This document shows, piece after piece, positions 1-12,820 of a stretch of 64,000 bases of DNA (position 1 is the first letter of the stretch; every line of letters starts with the position of its first letter). The DNA is from Phoronis australis. Taxonomy: Eukaryota; Animalia; Phoronida. The translations under genes and the position numbers were made by a program. Location of the stretch: assembly GCA_002633005.1 (NCBI GenBank), contig NMRA01000671.1:62001-126000 (forward strand). The letters are read 5' to 3'. The notes below the pieces were generated by a model. It searched no databases and was not told the DNA's origin. It saw nothing but the letters and a program-made list of their open reading frames with translations.

Positions 1-3000
1 TCCAACCCTCCCCCCACCCCAGCTCCCTGGTCACCCAAGAATTTTACATTCGGCTCCGCCGTTGTACACTCCGGAGGTTTACTCTTAACAAAGTTACATC
101 GTGGCAGAAGTTTATTAGTATCCCCAACAATATAACACACTCCGATTATTCCATGACATGCACAAATCGGGGCTACGATTGGATACCTAGTTGGAAAGGC
201 TCATTATTTTAGGAACCGAATTTGAGTGTCCCTCAGTATTGACTATTGGACTATTTGGAGGGTCACTGGAATTGATAAATGTCTACTCACAGGCACCAGC
301 CTCTAGATAGGTAAAGTGAACGTTTTATTACATGCTACTCGTGTAACACGTAACCAAAATGTAGTCCAATGCAAAAAGAACGTTTTGAGGTTAGATTAAC
401 CACATTCTAGAATATTCTGGGTTTCACCCAATCAGGCTGCTATAGACTGTTCGGGAGCACACTTCTAAGTAAGGCTGTAACAATAGTTTCCAACTAGAAA
501 GATTATTGTCAAGGCATGACAATAATGGACTCTGCGCGTGTATTACAGGAATTGTTATGGAAAATCATTGACAACAACCTGTTTATTAATATGAAAAGGA
601 ATTCTTTTTAAACAGTAGGAGAAATTACATCTTAATACTTTGAAGACCTTTGAACTAATTGACCCCTTCTGGTGCATTGTGAGCCCTGATGAGGGAATAA
701 GTGTATACTCGATTAAAAGTGTGGTTAATGCTAAGAATCTCAGATGTCTTACATGAAACTCTTTAGAATATGAGATGACAGAATTGGTCAAAGTTTCAGA
801 AGAAAAATGCACCTAACGACCCCATGGGGGTACCAAATGACCTGAAACTTTAGAATTCAAACTCAATCGCAAACAGATATGTAATTTTGAGATCTCTAGT
901 TTTAGTTTGCACTAAATGACCATTGGCCTATTTCTTCTGATTGGATGGGCATATTGATTAGTAAAGTAGGGTACTCGATTTGCATGTTGGTTTATACCAG
1001 TGTGCTGAAATTGAAAAGAATTCCTTGAAAATGCAGAAGATATAACATTTTTAACGTTAAATGACCTTTGCACTAATTGACCCTATCCGGTGCATTGTAA
1101 GCATATATAGGAAAGTTATTGCACAGCACGTGAAAAGTTTGTTTAATGCTGAGAATCACAGTTATCCAACGGTTGACACATCAGAATACTTGGAGAATAA
1201 AAAGGACAAATTTACAAAAGAAAACTGCACCTAATTACCCCCATGGTTGCACTAAATGACCTAAAATTTTGTATTTCGCATTGAATTAGAGGTACCAATC
1301 AGACTTGTGAATTTAGAGTGTCTAGCTCAAAATTTTAGTTTGCACTCAATGACCTTTGACCTATTTTCTCTGAATGGATGGCCTATTGCTTACTAAAGTA
1401 GGGTATTTCATTGACATCTAGGTTCATACCAATGTGCTGGAAATGAAGAGAATTCCTTGAAAAATGTAGGAGAAAACACCTTTTCAAAGTGGATGACCTT
1501 TGCACTAATTGACCCCATCCAGTGCATTACGAGCCCTTTTAGTAGAACTATTGCAAAGTCCATGAAGAGTATATTTAATGCTGAGAATCATAGTTGTCTA
1601 ACGGTTTAAACATCAGAATACTTGGTGAATGAAAAGGACAAATTTTCTGAAGAAATATGCATCTAACGACCCCATGGTTGCACTAAATGACCTGAAATTT
1701 TGTATTTCGAATTGAATTAGACGTACAGTGTAACAATCAGACTTGTGAATTTGAAGTGTCTAGCTCCAAATTTTAGTTTGCACCTAATTACCTTTGACCT
1801 GTTTTATCTGATTGGACGGTTCGATTACTTAGAAAAGTAACTTGTTTAAATTGCCTTGTTGACTTATACGTATGCACCGAATTTGAAAAAGATAACTTTA
1901 ACACCGAAGGAGGAGTAGCATTTTGAAAATTACATAACTTTTGCACAAAACAACCTTTTCCGGTGCAATATGGATTATGATTAGATAACGAATCAAATTT
2001 TTTGTACTGTCAAAAATCATATGCTGAATTTAAAGAACGTACCTGCAACCAATTTGGAGTTATTAAGTGTCAAAATGGTCGGAAGAAGAATAAGATGAAA
2101 TAGAATGCAATTGCGTATGCACACTTACAACTCTGCACCTGGTGTGTGCACATGCATAGTGAAGTATAGGTGCATTACACTGCATAGAAGTTGCATCCTT
2201 TATGTGAAAGAGAGCGATGTCCCTGGTAACTATGAAAGAGTATGAGTGTAAGGTAAGAATATCAACAGAAAACTGCACCTAATGACCCCACAGCTGAACC
2301 TAAAGACACCCAAGTTTGTGACTAAAATTTCGCTTATGAATTAAACTATATAAGTGATTATGTAAGGTCTAGCTCAAAAATCACAATTGCACTTAACGAC
2401 CTTTGACCCGAAACCCGGTTCCTTTTATCCGATTTAAATTCCAAGTAATTTTCGGGTGGACTTCTCTAGTAGCTGCTCGTGAATAAAATTCGGTAATTTA
2501 TTTAAAAACCTGTAAAAGAAGAAGCCGATGTTAACGGAATGCACTCCTTGACCTGTTTCGGGTCATTCCGGTGCATTTTGAACCAAATCCAAGTGATCAA
2601 TAGAATTAAATTAGCAATTGGTTGAACCACCATGAATTTGAACGCTCTCCCTAATGCATCAGTTAAGCACAAGCTGATTTAAAGTCTTAAACTTAACAGA
2701 AAACTACACTTAATGACCCCAAAGTTGCACCTAGTGACCCCAAATTTTGTGACTGAACTTCCTTGATGAATGATTATGGAAGATCTAGCTCAATAATCAC
2801 TTTTGCGCTTAATGACATTTGACAAAAAACTCAGTTCCCTTGATTCTATTGGAATTCAAAGTAAATTTCGGTTGCAAATCTCTCGTGCCTACATGCTAAC
2901 GAAATTCAAAAAAATATCTAAAAACCTACAGGAGGCGAAGTAATTTGACGGAAAGCACTCCTTGACCTATTTCGAGTCATTCCGGTGCATTTTGGGTGAA

Positions 3001-3566
3001 AATATTATAATCAAGAAATTCATTTCATTATCGTATTAACCACAGTGAATATGATTGTTGTAAGTGAATCGATGTAAGAGTAATAACAATTTGAAAAGGA
3101 AGGAAGAATAAGAAGAATAACTAGAACGCAATTGTGTATGCGCACCTACAACTCTGCGCGTGGTATACGCACATCTAGAATGGAGTACAGGCTTATTACA
3201 TTGCATAGAAGTTGAATTTGTTGTGTGAAAGACAGAGATATCCCTGCTAACTATGAAAGAACAAGAGTGAAAACTTAGATTATCAAGAGAAAATTCCACT
3301 TAATGACCCCAAAGTTGCACCTAATGATCCTAAAATTTATGAATGGATTTCCTTTGCGAATGAAAATGATATACATGATTATGTAAAGTCTAGCTCAAAA
3401 ATCCCTTTTGCACTTACTGACCTTTCTCCCAGAAATTCGATTCAGTTGATCAGATCGAAATTCCATGTAAGTTGTGGGTGCTCTTATATGGTACCAAGCT
3501 GTTCACGAAATTTGAAAGGCAATCTCAAAAATCGCAGAAGGAGAAGCACTTCAAAGAATTATACTG

Positions 3567-3900
3567 TTTTTTATTTATTTATTTATTTATTATTGTGATA
3601 TTTAAAATGAGGGTGGCCTCTTCAGTCATAGCACTGCTTTCCAAGGGGGCCCTCAACAAGAAAAACAGTAATATAATGTAATACAATGAAGTAACAAAAC
3701 AACAATGAAACATACGTAGCAAAGATACAATTAAAACAGGTTGAGAATTAAGACAATAACTAAATGACAAATAATGGTAAAAATTTAACTAAGACAGATG
3801 GAATAAATTAAGAAATGATTATAGACAGTGAGAGTATTTACGACAATGTAAAAAATGACATGATTAAGACAGGCAGGGTATAAACCCTCTGGCGGTCCTA
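3567..3900 (-). mobile_element. Truncated 3' end of an L2/CR1-group LINE or derived SINE
   Basis: (TTTA)n tail on + from about 3570, next to GAGGGTGGCCTCTTCAG...CTGCTTTCCAAGGGGGCCCTC, a stem-loop-like LINE 3' terminus. It interrupts the host repeat unit. The 5' boundary is approximate. Confidence 0.5.
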
Positions 3901-4136
3901 TAGTGCATGTTGTGTCATTACACGTATTATCAATAGAATTTGATCGGCCAATGGTTGAACGACCATGAACTTCAACGCTCTTCCTAATGCATCATTTAAG
4001 TACACACTGATTAAAAAAGTCTTAATTTTTACACAAAACTGCACTTAGTTATCCCAAAGTTGCACCTAGTGAACCCAAATTCTTTAAATTCATGTATTTC
4101 AACATTAAAGGCCTTGGCCCACATGTTACATAAAAT

Positions 4137-6165
4137 TTACAGGATAACGCTGAGCAGCTTTTCCCTGAAAGCAGTGGCGTGAAATACAAGTTTCATTAGA
4201 TTAATCTGAGCAATGGGCTCCGACATTTTCATAAGTTTTACAAATTTATGTTTATTTGGTTCGCGCCAGCACCACTCAGGTATGAATGCAGTTCTCAGAG
4301 AGCAGTACATTTTACAAACACATATATAATGGTATTCATCTTCAATTAGGGACACACAGAAACAACACACACGGTATTTTTGGTCCACGAGAGTATGTCT
4401 ACCTTTCTCTATCATCAAGTTGTGGTTGGAGCAACGTAATTTAGCCATAGCTGCTAAAAATATATATGGAACATCACGCAACAGATAGGATTCCATTTCA
4501 AAATCAATTTTAAATGAGAAATATGTATTAAGTTTTGAGCTATTCTCCACAGCATAGCTCCAGTCTTGTAAAAAACAATCTTTAATTCGCTGCTCAAAAA
4601 TGACAAGAAACGATGCTTCGCAGCCAACTCCCTGATTGTACCATACCAAACCAAAACCATACCTTTGCAGCAAATTCCTAACAGATGAAGCCCAATTTTT
4701 CCTACCAGCCTCATCCAATGTGACAAGCTTGTCATAGACAGATTTTGGATTTCGATGTGCTGGCATTTTTAACAATTTAAACCAATACTTGATCAGTTTA
4801 ACAAACAGCTTTACATAAATTGGATACCTTCCCAGTTCTCCCAGGACAGCATGATTTGGACAGTTACTTCCAACACCCAGCAGTTGCTTACAGAATTTCA
4901 ATTGGACGCGCTCGATACTAGAGTATTCTTTAAATCCCCAAATCTCACTTCCATAGCTAATGATTGGGTATACCATTTTATCAAAAATCTCGAGTGCAAT
5001 TTTAGGTGAAAGTCGTCCACATTTTAACTGAAAACGTTTAATTGAAAAAATTGCTTTCTGTGCCTGGTGAGACAAAGTTTCCGTAGCTTGCGTCCAGACT
5101 AACTTAGGTGTAAGGCAAATACCCAGGTACTTATATGATGAGACGACATCAATTTTGTCATTTCCAAAATGCCATTTTTCGTATTTTCTCAATGGTCCGC
5201 CCTTTCTAAATACCATTATTTTTGTTTTTGTAAGGTTGACTTTCATACCCCAATCCTGACAGTATTCATGCAGAGCGTTAATTTGTTGCTGTAGTTTAAA
5301 TGCTGTCTCTGCACAACCAACCATATCATCAGCGTATAGCAACATACAAATTTGAGGCACATTCTCATTTACGTAAATTCCGCTAATTAAAGATTCTCTT
5401 AAGTAATCAACAAACTCGTTCAAATACATACTAAATAAAAAAGGACTAAGCATACACCCTTGGCGAGTACCACTGAAAAAGTCAGTTAACCCACGCTCAG
5501 TTCTTACACACGCTCTTAGCTTTGAATACATACTTTTCATCAATTTTAAAACACTACCATGTATTCCTATTTTTTGAAACCTATTCCACAAAAATTTATG
5601 TGAAATGCTGTCAAAGGCCCGAGAAAAAATCCACGTATATAGCATAAAATCTGCCCCTGCGCTTACTCAAGTACTTATGAACAATTCCTTGTAAGGTAAA
5701 AATTTGGTCTATTGTACTATACCCCTTTCTAAAACCAGCCTGAGCTTCGTTAAATAAGTCATTATCGTTGGCCCAACTTGTTAGACGAGCGTTTATGAGT
5801 TTCGTAAAAATTTTCCTGAGAACAGGCAGAAGTGAAATACCCCGATAATTATTGACGTCATTGACGTCCCCTTGCTTATGCAATGGACATATTATAGCGT
5901 CACACCAGGACTGAGGAAATTCCCCTGATCGTAGAGCACTATTAAAAATGTTTGTCAAAACAGGTGTTATATAATGTTTGGTTGACTTAAAGAGTTCATA
6001 AACGAGTCCGTCAAAACAGGAAGCCTTACGGTTCGGTAGGTCTCGAAGAACGACAAAAATCTCACTTTCGCTAAAATCATGATTCAATTGATTTGGGTCA
6101 TCTACCATACAATCATTACAATACACATCATGACTTGCCAAATTTCTTTCTATTTGTGCAATCAT
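4137..6165 (-). pseudogene. LINE ORF2 reverse transcriptase and C-terminal zinc-finger region, frameshifted
   Basis: ORF 5611-6165 (NNYRGISLL, QAGFRKGYSTID) joins by frameshift to ORF 4137-5645 (AFDSI, GTRQGCMLSPFLF, LLYADD, YKYLG, C-terminal CxxC..EDEYH..C). Confidence 0.92.
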
Positions 6166-6216
6166 ACGTCCATTATCAGGATTTTCTTGGTTTAAGAGTG
6201 AGTGAAAGTGGCAAGA

Positions 6217-7400
6217 CTATTCATCAGCAGAAATAGAAGTATCTGACGTCATTTTCCTTGAGCATGATCTTACTAGCTGCCAAAACGCTCTGGGATTGTT
6301 AACATTTTCAATTAAGTTTTTCCTCAGTCCATCTTTAAATAACTTTTCTTTTGACTTAAAAGTCACTTTGAATTTTTGTCGCAAATTCTGTGTACTTATT
6401 AAAATTAACCTGATTACTATAGTGTCGGAAACCACGCAAAGCACAATTTCTCTCTCTTTTCAGCACCTCTAACTCCTCATCCCACCATGATGGTTGGATT
6501 TTCAAAAATTTAACCGCAGCATTGGAGTGTACAATCATGTCGCACGCAGCTGATTTATACATTTCAATTAACAACTGAACTCCGTCTTCAACTCGACAGC
6601 TCTCAATAAGATTCGCTATATCACTAGAGAACACTTGGAACCCACTGACAAACTTGTATATGAACTGACTACATCTTTCAGCCTTCCATCTAACTCTGTC
6701 ATATTCACGAACGACATAATTTGTGCTATGAACAGTGTGATCCTGTGACTGAGTGAAGCCGTGAAAAACACAAACAAGAGGAAGATGATCAGATACATCC
6801 AATAAATGATCTTTACTAATCCTTGGAAAATTAAAGGCATCTGAGTCGTACCATTCACCTGAAGGCAAAAATTCTGCTGAGTCGTCTTGAATATAATCGG
6901 AGAGTTTGCCAATTCTAGCATTAAGATCGCCTGCGACCAAAAAAGATACATCATCGTAGGCATTCAAAAGGGCATCTTCGATACCACTTCTCAAGATTTC
7001 CACACCATTCTTTTCAATTTGATTTTCATACACTGTCGCACCCTCAGCTGGCAAATAAACACAACAGAATAAAACATCATTTTCAGTACACAATAGACCC
7101 TTATCATTTAATAGAAAAACACCAAAATCGAAATCACATTTCACTCGAGTTACATACCGAGCTAAACATTTTTTACAAACACACATACTCCACCGGAGTT
7201 TCTACCGAACCTCTTTTTCTTTGAATTAACTTTACTGAAACATTTGTACCCAGGCAAAAAGTTATAAAACTGATTTTCGTTCATTGACCAGTTTCTGCAA
7301 CTCCAACTAAATCAAAAGAACATAAATAATCAACGATACTTTTCTTCTATGTTTTGCTGCCAAATCCGTGTACATTCCAGACTGTTGTACGTATTTTGCT
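6217..7400 (-). pseudogene. LINE ORF2 apurinic-like endonuclease and linker, frameshifted and internally deleted
   Basis: Minus-strand VWNVHG (about 7380), FDLVGVAET (about 7300), CVYLP, VAGDLNARIG, SDHLP. The TF..IDY segment expected between RISKD and SDHLP is missing. Confidence 0.85.
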
Positions 7401-7559
7401 TGTCCGTGAAGGCTCTGGGCCATGGCCAAACTGCTAGGCATTTCTGTAGATATCATGCTTGATTTCTTTAACCATTTTCTCTGCATCATCGTAAATAAAC
7501 TGCTTTCCACGCCAATAGAGCTAGTTGCATTCTTCATATTGTTTTCGTTTGAAAACGTG

Positions 7560-8137
7560 TAAATCTCCTTTCGGGCTTTTCTTAATTTCATCGAAAAATC
7601 TTCTGAGATGTGAATTGATTCATTGGTTTCTTCCTTCTTGTTGCTCATCACTTTGCGTTTGTCCTTCGACGAAAACTTGGCAATTATTGGTCTTTATTTA
7701 CCACGCTGCCGACGACCAATCCTTTGGGCGCGCTCAATACAGAGGCCCTCTAAATGAAGATCGTTTTTCAGGAATTGCACGATAATCTCTTCAGATTCTT
7801 CCCACGATTCACGCTCGTTCGAATCTGCATTTTTTTCTTCAAGTCCAAGGAACACAACATTGTCACGGCGTGACCGGTTCTCTAGGTCTTCCCCTTTCGA
7901 TTCAAGCTTTATAACTAGATCATGTAACAGCGCGTTCTCTTTGTGGGCGGTTTCTAGAGATTGCCGTAGGGACTCAATTTCAGAAGTAACCTTCTCAAAC
8001 TTTTCATTAGCCAAGTCGAAAATCTCTCTGTTGCTTACATCCTTCGAAGCCCCTGCGTTTTGTTTAGGACTCGACCTCGACATATATGAGCTTATTCCTC
8101 GTGTAACCGGCCTGGCACTAGGTGTGTCAACTGGCAT
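7560..8137 (-). pseudogene. LINE ORF1 (coiled coil + L1/Transposase_22-type RRM), frameshifted
   Basis: Coiled-coil segment, then LENRSRRDNVVFLGLEE and IERAQRIG; the continuation IHISEDFS lies in another frame. Confidence 0.8.
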
Positions 8138-11100
8138 GATTGATATTACGTAACACGTCTAATTCAATGTCAAGTGTAGGACGCTACGGACAGATTAAAT
8201 ATAGTACACAACAGTCACAAAACTCACAGAAATAAGACAAACGGACACCATTCAGGTCTTGGAGGGTCGAGACAGTTCTCGTGCAACTTCTGCATCACAA
8301 AGTTCACACTGAATAAGCAGAAAGTAGACACAATTGCCGGACAGCCCTTAACTTCCAAATTCTGTGACTAAACTTTATTTATGAATGGTGATCATATGCA
8401 TGATTATGAAACCTGAAGTTCAAAGATCACTTTTGCACTTTATGAGCTTTGACCCGGAAACTCGGTTCCATTGATCCGATTGGAATTCCAAGTAAATTTG
8501 GGATGCAGATCTCTAGTGCCTTCTTGCTATCAAAATTCGAAGAGTCTATCTAAAAACCTGCAGAAGGAGAAACAATTCGAAGGAATGCACTACTTGACCC
8601 TTTTTGGGACAATCCGGTGCATTTTGAGTCAAATCCCTGGGATCAATAGAATTTGATCGGCAATTGGTTGAACCATCATGAATTTGAACGCTCTCACTAA
8701 TGCATCAATTAAGTACAAACTGATTGAAAAAGTCTTTAACAAAAAGTGCACTTAATGACCCCGAAGTTGCGCCCAGTGACCCCCAAAAGTTTGTGACTGA
8801 ACTTCCTTTACGAATGGTAATCATATGCATGATTATGAAAGGTCTAGCTCAACAAACACTTTTGCAATTAATGACCTTTGACCCGGAAATTCGGTTCCCC
8901 TGGTCCGATTGGAAATCCGTGTAAATTTCTGATGCACTTCTTCAGTCCCTACTTGTTAACAAAATTCGATGAGTCAATCTAAAAGCTGTACAAGAAAAAG
9001 CATTTTGAAAAAACGCACTAATTGACCCGTTTCAGGTCATCCCAGTGCATTTAGGGTCGAAAAAGTATTATCAATATAAATCCCTTAACTATCTTATCAA
9101 TCACAATGAATATTATTGTTCTAAATGAATGAATGTAAGAGTGATTTACAATATGACAAGGAAAGAAGAAGAAGAATAAGAATAATAATAACAACTAGAA
9201 AAATTATTGTCACAGCGTGACAATAACAAACTCTGCGCGTGCGTATTAATGGAATTATTATGTCAAGTTACTGACAGCAACCCGTTTACCAATATGAAAA
9301 GGAATTTAAAATTGTAGGATAAATTACATATTCATTTTTGATGACCTTTCCCTTAATTGACCTGTTCCAGTGCATTATGAGCCCCGATGAGGGAGTAATT
9401 TTAAACTCGATTAAAAGTGTGGTTAATGCTAAAAATCACAGATGCTTTACTTTAAGCACTTCAGAATACAAGATGAATGAATTGGTCGAACTTTTAGAAG
9501 AAAAATGCACCCAATGACCCACGGGTGCACCGAATGTCCTGAAAATTTAGAATTCAAACTCAATCGCATTTAGTAAACAAATATGTAATTTTGAAGTCTC
9601 TAGCTCAAAATTTTAATTTTGCACTCAAGAAGCTTTGACCTATTTTTCTGATTGTTTAGGCCTATTGCGTAGTAAAGTAAGGTGTTCAATTGGCATTTTG
9701 ACTTACACTAGTGTGCTGAAATTGAAAAGAATTCCTTGAAAAACGTAAGAGAAATAACATTTTGAACGTTGTATGACTTTTGCACTAATTGACCGTATCC
9801 GGTACATAATAAACGTCTTCATGAGAATTATTGCAAAAGCCCATGAAAAATGTGTTTAATAGTGAGAATCACAGTTGTCTAACGGTTGACACATCAGTAT
9901 ACTTGGAGAATGAAAAGGTCAAATTTTCAGAAGAAAAATGCACCTAATGACCCCATGTTTGCACTAAATGACTTGAAACTTTGGATTCCAAATTGAGTTA
10001 CATGTGCCAATCAGACCTGTGAATTTGAAGTTTCTAGCTCAAATGTTTTTTGCACCTAATGACCTCTGACCTGTTTAACCTGATTGGATGACCCGATTAC
10101 TTAGAAAAGTAATTTTTAAAATTGTCATGTTGACTTATACCTGTGCACCGAATTTGAAAAAGAAAGCTTTAAAACTTGATAAGGAGTAGCATTTTGAAAA
10201 TAATATGACCTTTGCACCAAACGACCCATTCGGGTGCAATATGGAATATAATTATATAAGGAATCAAAATTTATATACTGTCAAAAATCATATGCTGAAT
10301 TGAAAGACCGTACCTGCACCCAATTTGGAGTTATTAAGCCTCAAAGCCGGTCGGAAGAAAAATAAGAATAAGAAGAATAAGAAGAACTAGAGAGATTATT
10401 GTCACCGCGTGACAATAACGGACTCTGCGCGTGCATATCACTGGAATTATTATGGGAAGTTACTGACAGCAACCCGTTTACCAAAGGAATTCTTTAAAAT
10501 TGTAGGAGAAATTACATATTAATTTTTTGATGACCTTTCCACTAATTGACCTTTTCCGCTGCATTATGAGCCCCAATGAGGGAATAATTGTTAACTCGGT
10601 TAAAAATGTGGTTAATGCTAGAAATCACAGATGTTTTACTTCAAGCACTTTAGAATACAAGATGAAAGAAGTGGTCAAACTTTCAGAAGAAAAATGCACC
10701 TAATGAACCCATGGGTGCACCAAATGAACTGAAATTTTTGAGTTCAAACTCAATCGCATTTAGTAAACAGATAGGTAATTCTGAAGTAATTCCAAGTAAA
10801 GTAGGGTATTCAATTGGCATGTTGACTTACACCAGTGTGTTGAAATTGAAAAGAATTCCTTAAAAAACTAAGAGATATAACATTTTGAACGTTACATGAC
10901 CTTTGCACTAACTGACCCTATCCGGTGCATTATAAGCGTCTTTAGGAAAATTATTGCAAAGCCCATGGAAATTGGGTTTAATGCTGATAATCCCAGTTGT
11001 CTAACGGTTGACACATCAGAATACTTGCTGATTGAAAAGGTCAAATTTTCAGAAGAAAAACGCACCTAATGACCCCATGTTTGCACTAAATGACTTCAAA

Positions 11101-11995
11101 CTTTGGATTCCGATTTGATTTACCTGTGGCAATCAGACCTGTCAATTTGAAGTGTCTAGCTCAGAATTTTAGTTTGCACCTAATGATCTTTGACCTGTTT
11201 CACCTGATATAAAGACCCGATTACTTAGAAAAGTAATTTTTTAAATTGCCTTATTGACTGATACCTGTTCACCGAATATGAAAAGAATAGCTTTAAAAAT
11301 GAAGAAGAAGTAGCCTGACCTTTGCACCAAATGACCTCTTCCGGTGCAATATGGAATATGATTATAAAACCAATCGAAATTTATGTACTGCCAAAATTTA
11401 CATGCAGAACTTAAAGAACATACCTGCACCCATTTTGGAAGTTGGTCGGAAGAAGAATGAGAATAAGAATAAGAATAAGAACAAGACGAATAAAATTGAA
11501 GAACACCCATGAACAACAGTACTCTGCGCTTGCACGCGAAGAGTAATAAGAAAAATAAGACAATAAAATACGTAAAACAGTAAAACTCTGGGCTTGCACT
11601 CGCACAGTAAAAAAATTGAAGAAAACCCCGGAACAACAGTACTCTGCGCTTGCACGCGCAGAGAAATAAAATTGAAGAAAACCCAGGAACAACAGAGCTC
11701 TAGTTACAGTAGTAGTCTAGAGACAGTGTTCTGAAGTATTTCGCTGAAGGCATCATTAACTTGACCTCACTGACGTCGGGCCAATCAGTGCCAACATTAG
11801 TAAACACACACGGTAAAGAAATAAAGTTAACTAATCAAAATAGTGTCAGTAAACTTACCTGTAATCTCGCAGGCATAGACAAGGTAACCATGTTGTTTTT
11901 ACTATTGTCATTCTGTGTTAAGTCGGCTCAGTCAGCCTGACCACGTCGATCTAGTAAGAAAATTTAAGTTGGTGTATAAATGCTTAAACTTTCAG

Positions 11996-12239
11996 CTCAC
12001 AGACTCCGTGGAGTGGGCCAAGACAGCGCTGATGACAATCCAAACAGAATGTATGAATGAGCTTGAACGGAACTCAGCCCTTTGGGAAGTCGACAACTCG
12101 ACAACGACGGCCAGTAATGCCTCGGGCTCTGGCAACGCGACCAACAGCAATGTTACCACTGCGGCTTTCAAGCTTCCGTCATTCGTAACGAAAGTATTGT
12201 GCCCAGATGATTGCAGCTCCCATGGTAAATGCATCGACG
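11996..12239 (+). CDS. VWDE: VWDE-like gene 1 exon (helical region and first half of an EGF repeat); upstream exons lie outside the window
   Basis: TTTCAG acceptor, GTGAGT donor, phase 0-1; LTDSVEWAKTAL...CPDDCSSHGKCIDG resembles the region before the first EGF of VWDE. Homolog, orthology unproven. Confidence 0.85.
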
Positions 12240-12564
12240 GTGAGTAGACTAGTCTGACAAGCAGATGTTGCTGATCTGAACAAATTCGGTGCCTTTCATA
12301 ATTAACTCTTGGTGCATTTAGGCCTTCTTCTAAATTGCTTTAGAAATGTTTTTCATCCACCAAAATCCAATATTTACGCATTCATTAACGTAAAAATAAC
12401 CCTTCAGAAAAAATGGCTATCCTTTTAGATTTCCTTTTTATATCAAGCTGAAAATGTCAACAGTATGGGTGTTTAGGGCACGTGGATTCACAGGTCGTGT
12501 CCATCGGTTTAGCGGAAGCTGTCATTTGAATATTTATTTCATGTGTCTCAAAGATTTTGGTTTC

Positions 12565-12820
12565 CATGCACGCACCGAATCTTAACCTGGGCGGCTCGAA
12601 TTTCTGGCATAGTGGACCTTTTGCTAAGAAAAAGGGGGGAAGACTAAGAAAAAAAACGTGCACTTTTAGAACTGTGAACTGTGCGTGTGCGCCTTTTTAG
12701 TAGACTTTTGTCTCATTTTCTCGAACTTTTTCTTTCTCTGAGGTGGATGTTTTTACCCACTTCGCCAAATTGGGGGAGGCTCCTTCGAACCCCCGAGCCT
12801 CCCCGCTGGGTGCATGCATG
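12565..12820. mobile_element. MITE with CA..TG ends and near 5-bp TSD (hAT5-like, inferred)
   Basis: TIR CATGCACGCACC / GGTGCATGCATG; flanks GTTTC and GTTTA. Confidence 0.55.

Larger units (their letters stand above)
4084..8354 (-). mobile_element. Decayed, near full-span non-LTR retrotransposon (ORF1 + APE-RT ORF2), possibly RTE-X-like
   Basis: 9-bp target site duplication CCAAATTCT at 4075-4083 and 8355-8363; removing the insert restores the host repeat (compare GACCCCAAATTTTGTGACT near 2736). Contains ORF1, APE and RT motifs. Clade is inference. Confidence 0.9.
494..11700 (-). mobile_element. Array of about five Helentron/DINE-1-like non-autonomous rolling-circle elements (HINEs), two subfamilies
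   Basis: On the minus strand each unit ends subTIR + hairpin + CTAG. On +: CTAG at 494, 3121, 9195, 10387 (degenerate at about 2101), hairpins ATTATTGTC-N7-GACAATAAT (502-526) and TTATTGTCAC-N3-GTGACAATAA (about 9204, 10396), then CTCTGCGCGTG (530, 3152, 9231, about 10423). The inverted subTIR CACGCGCAGAG sits in a hairpin at 11642-11663. (AAGAAT)n microsatellites at junctions; about 420-435 bp internal subrepeats. Confidence 0.75.
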
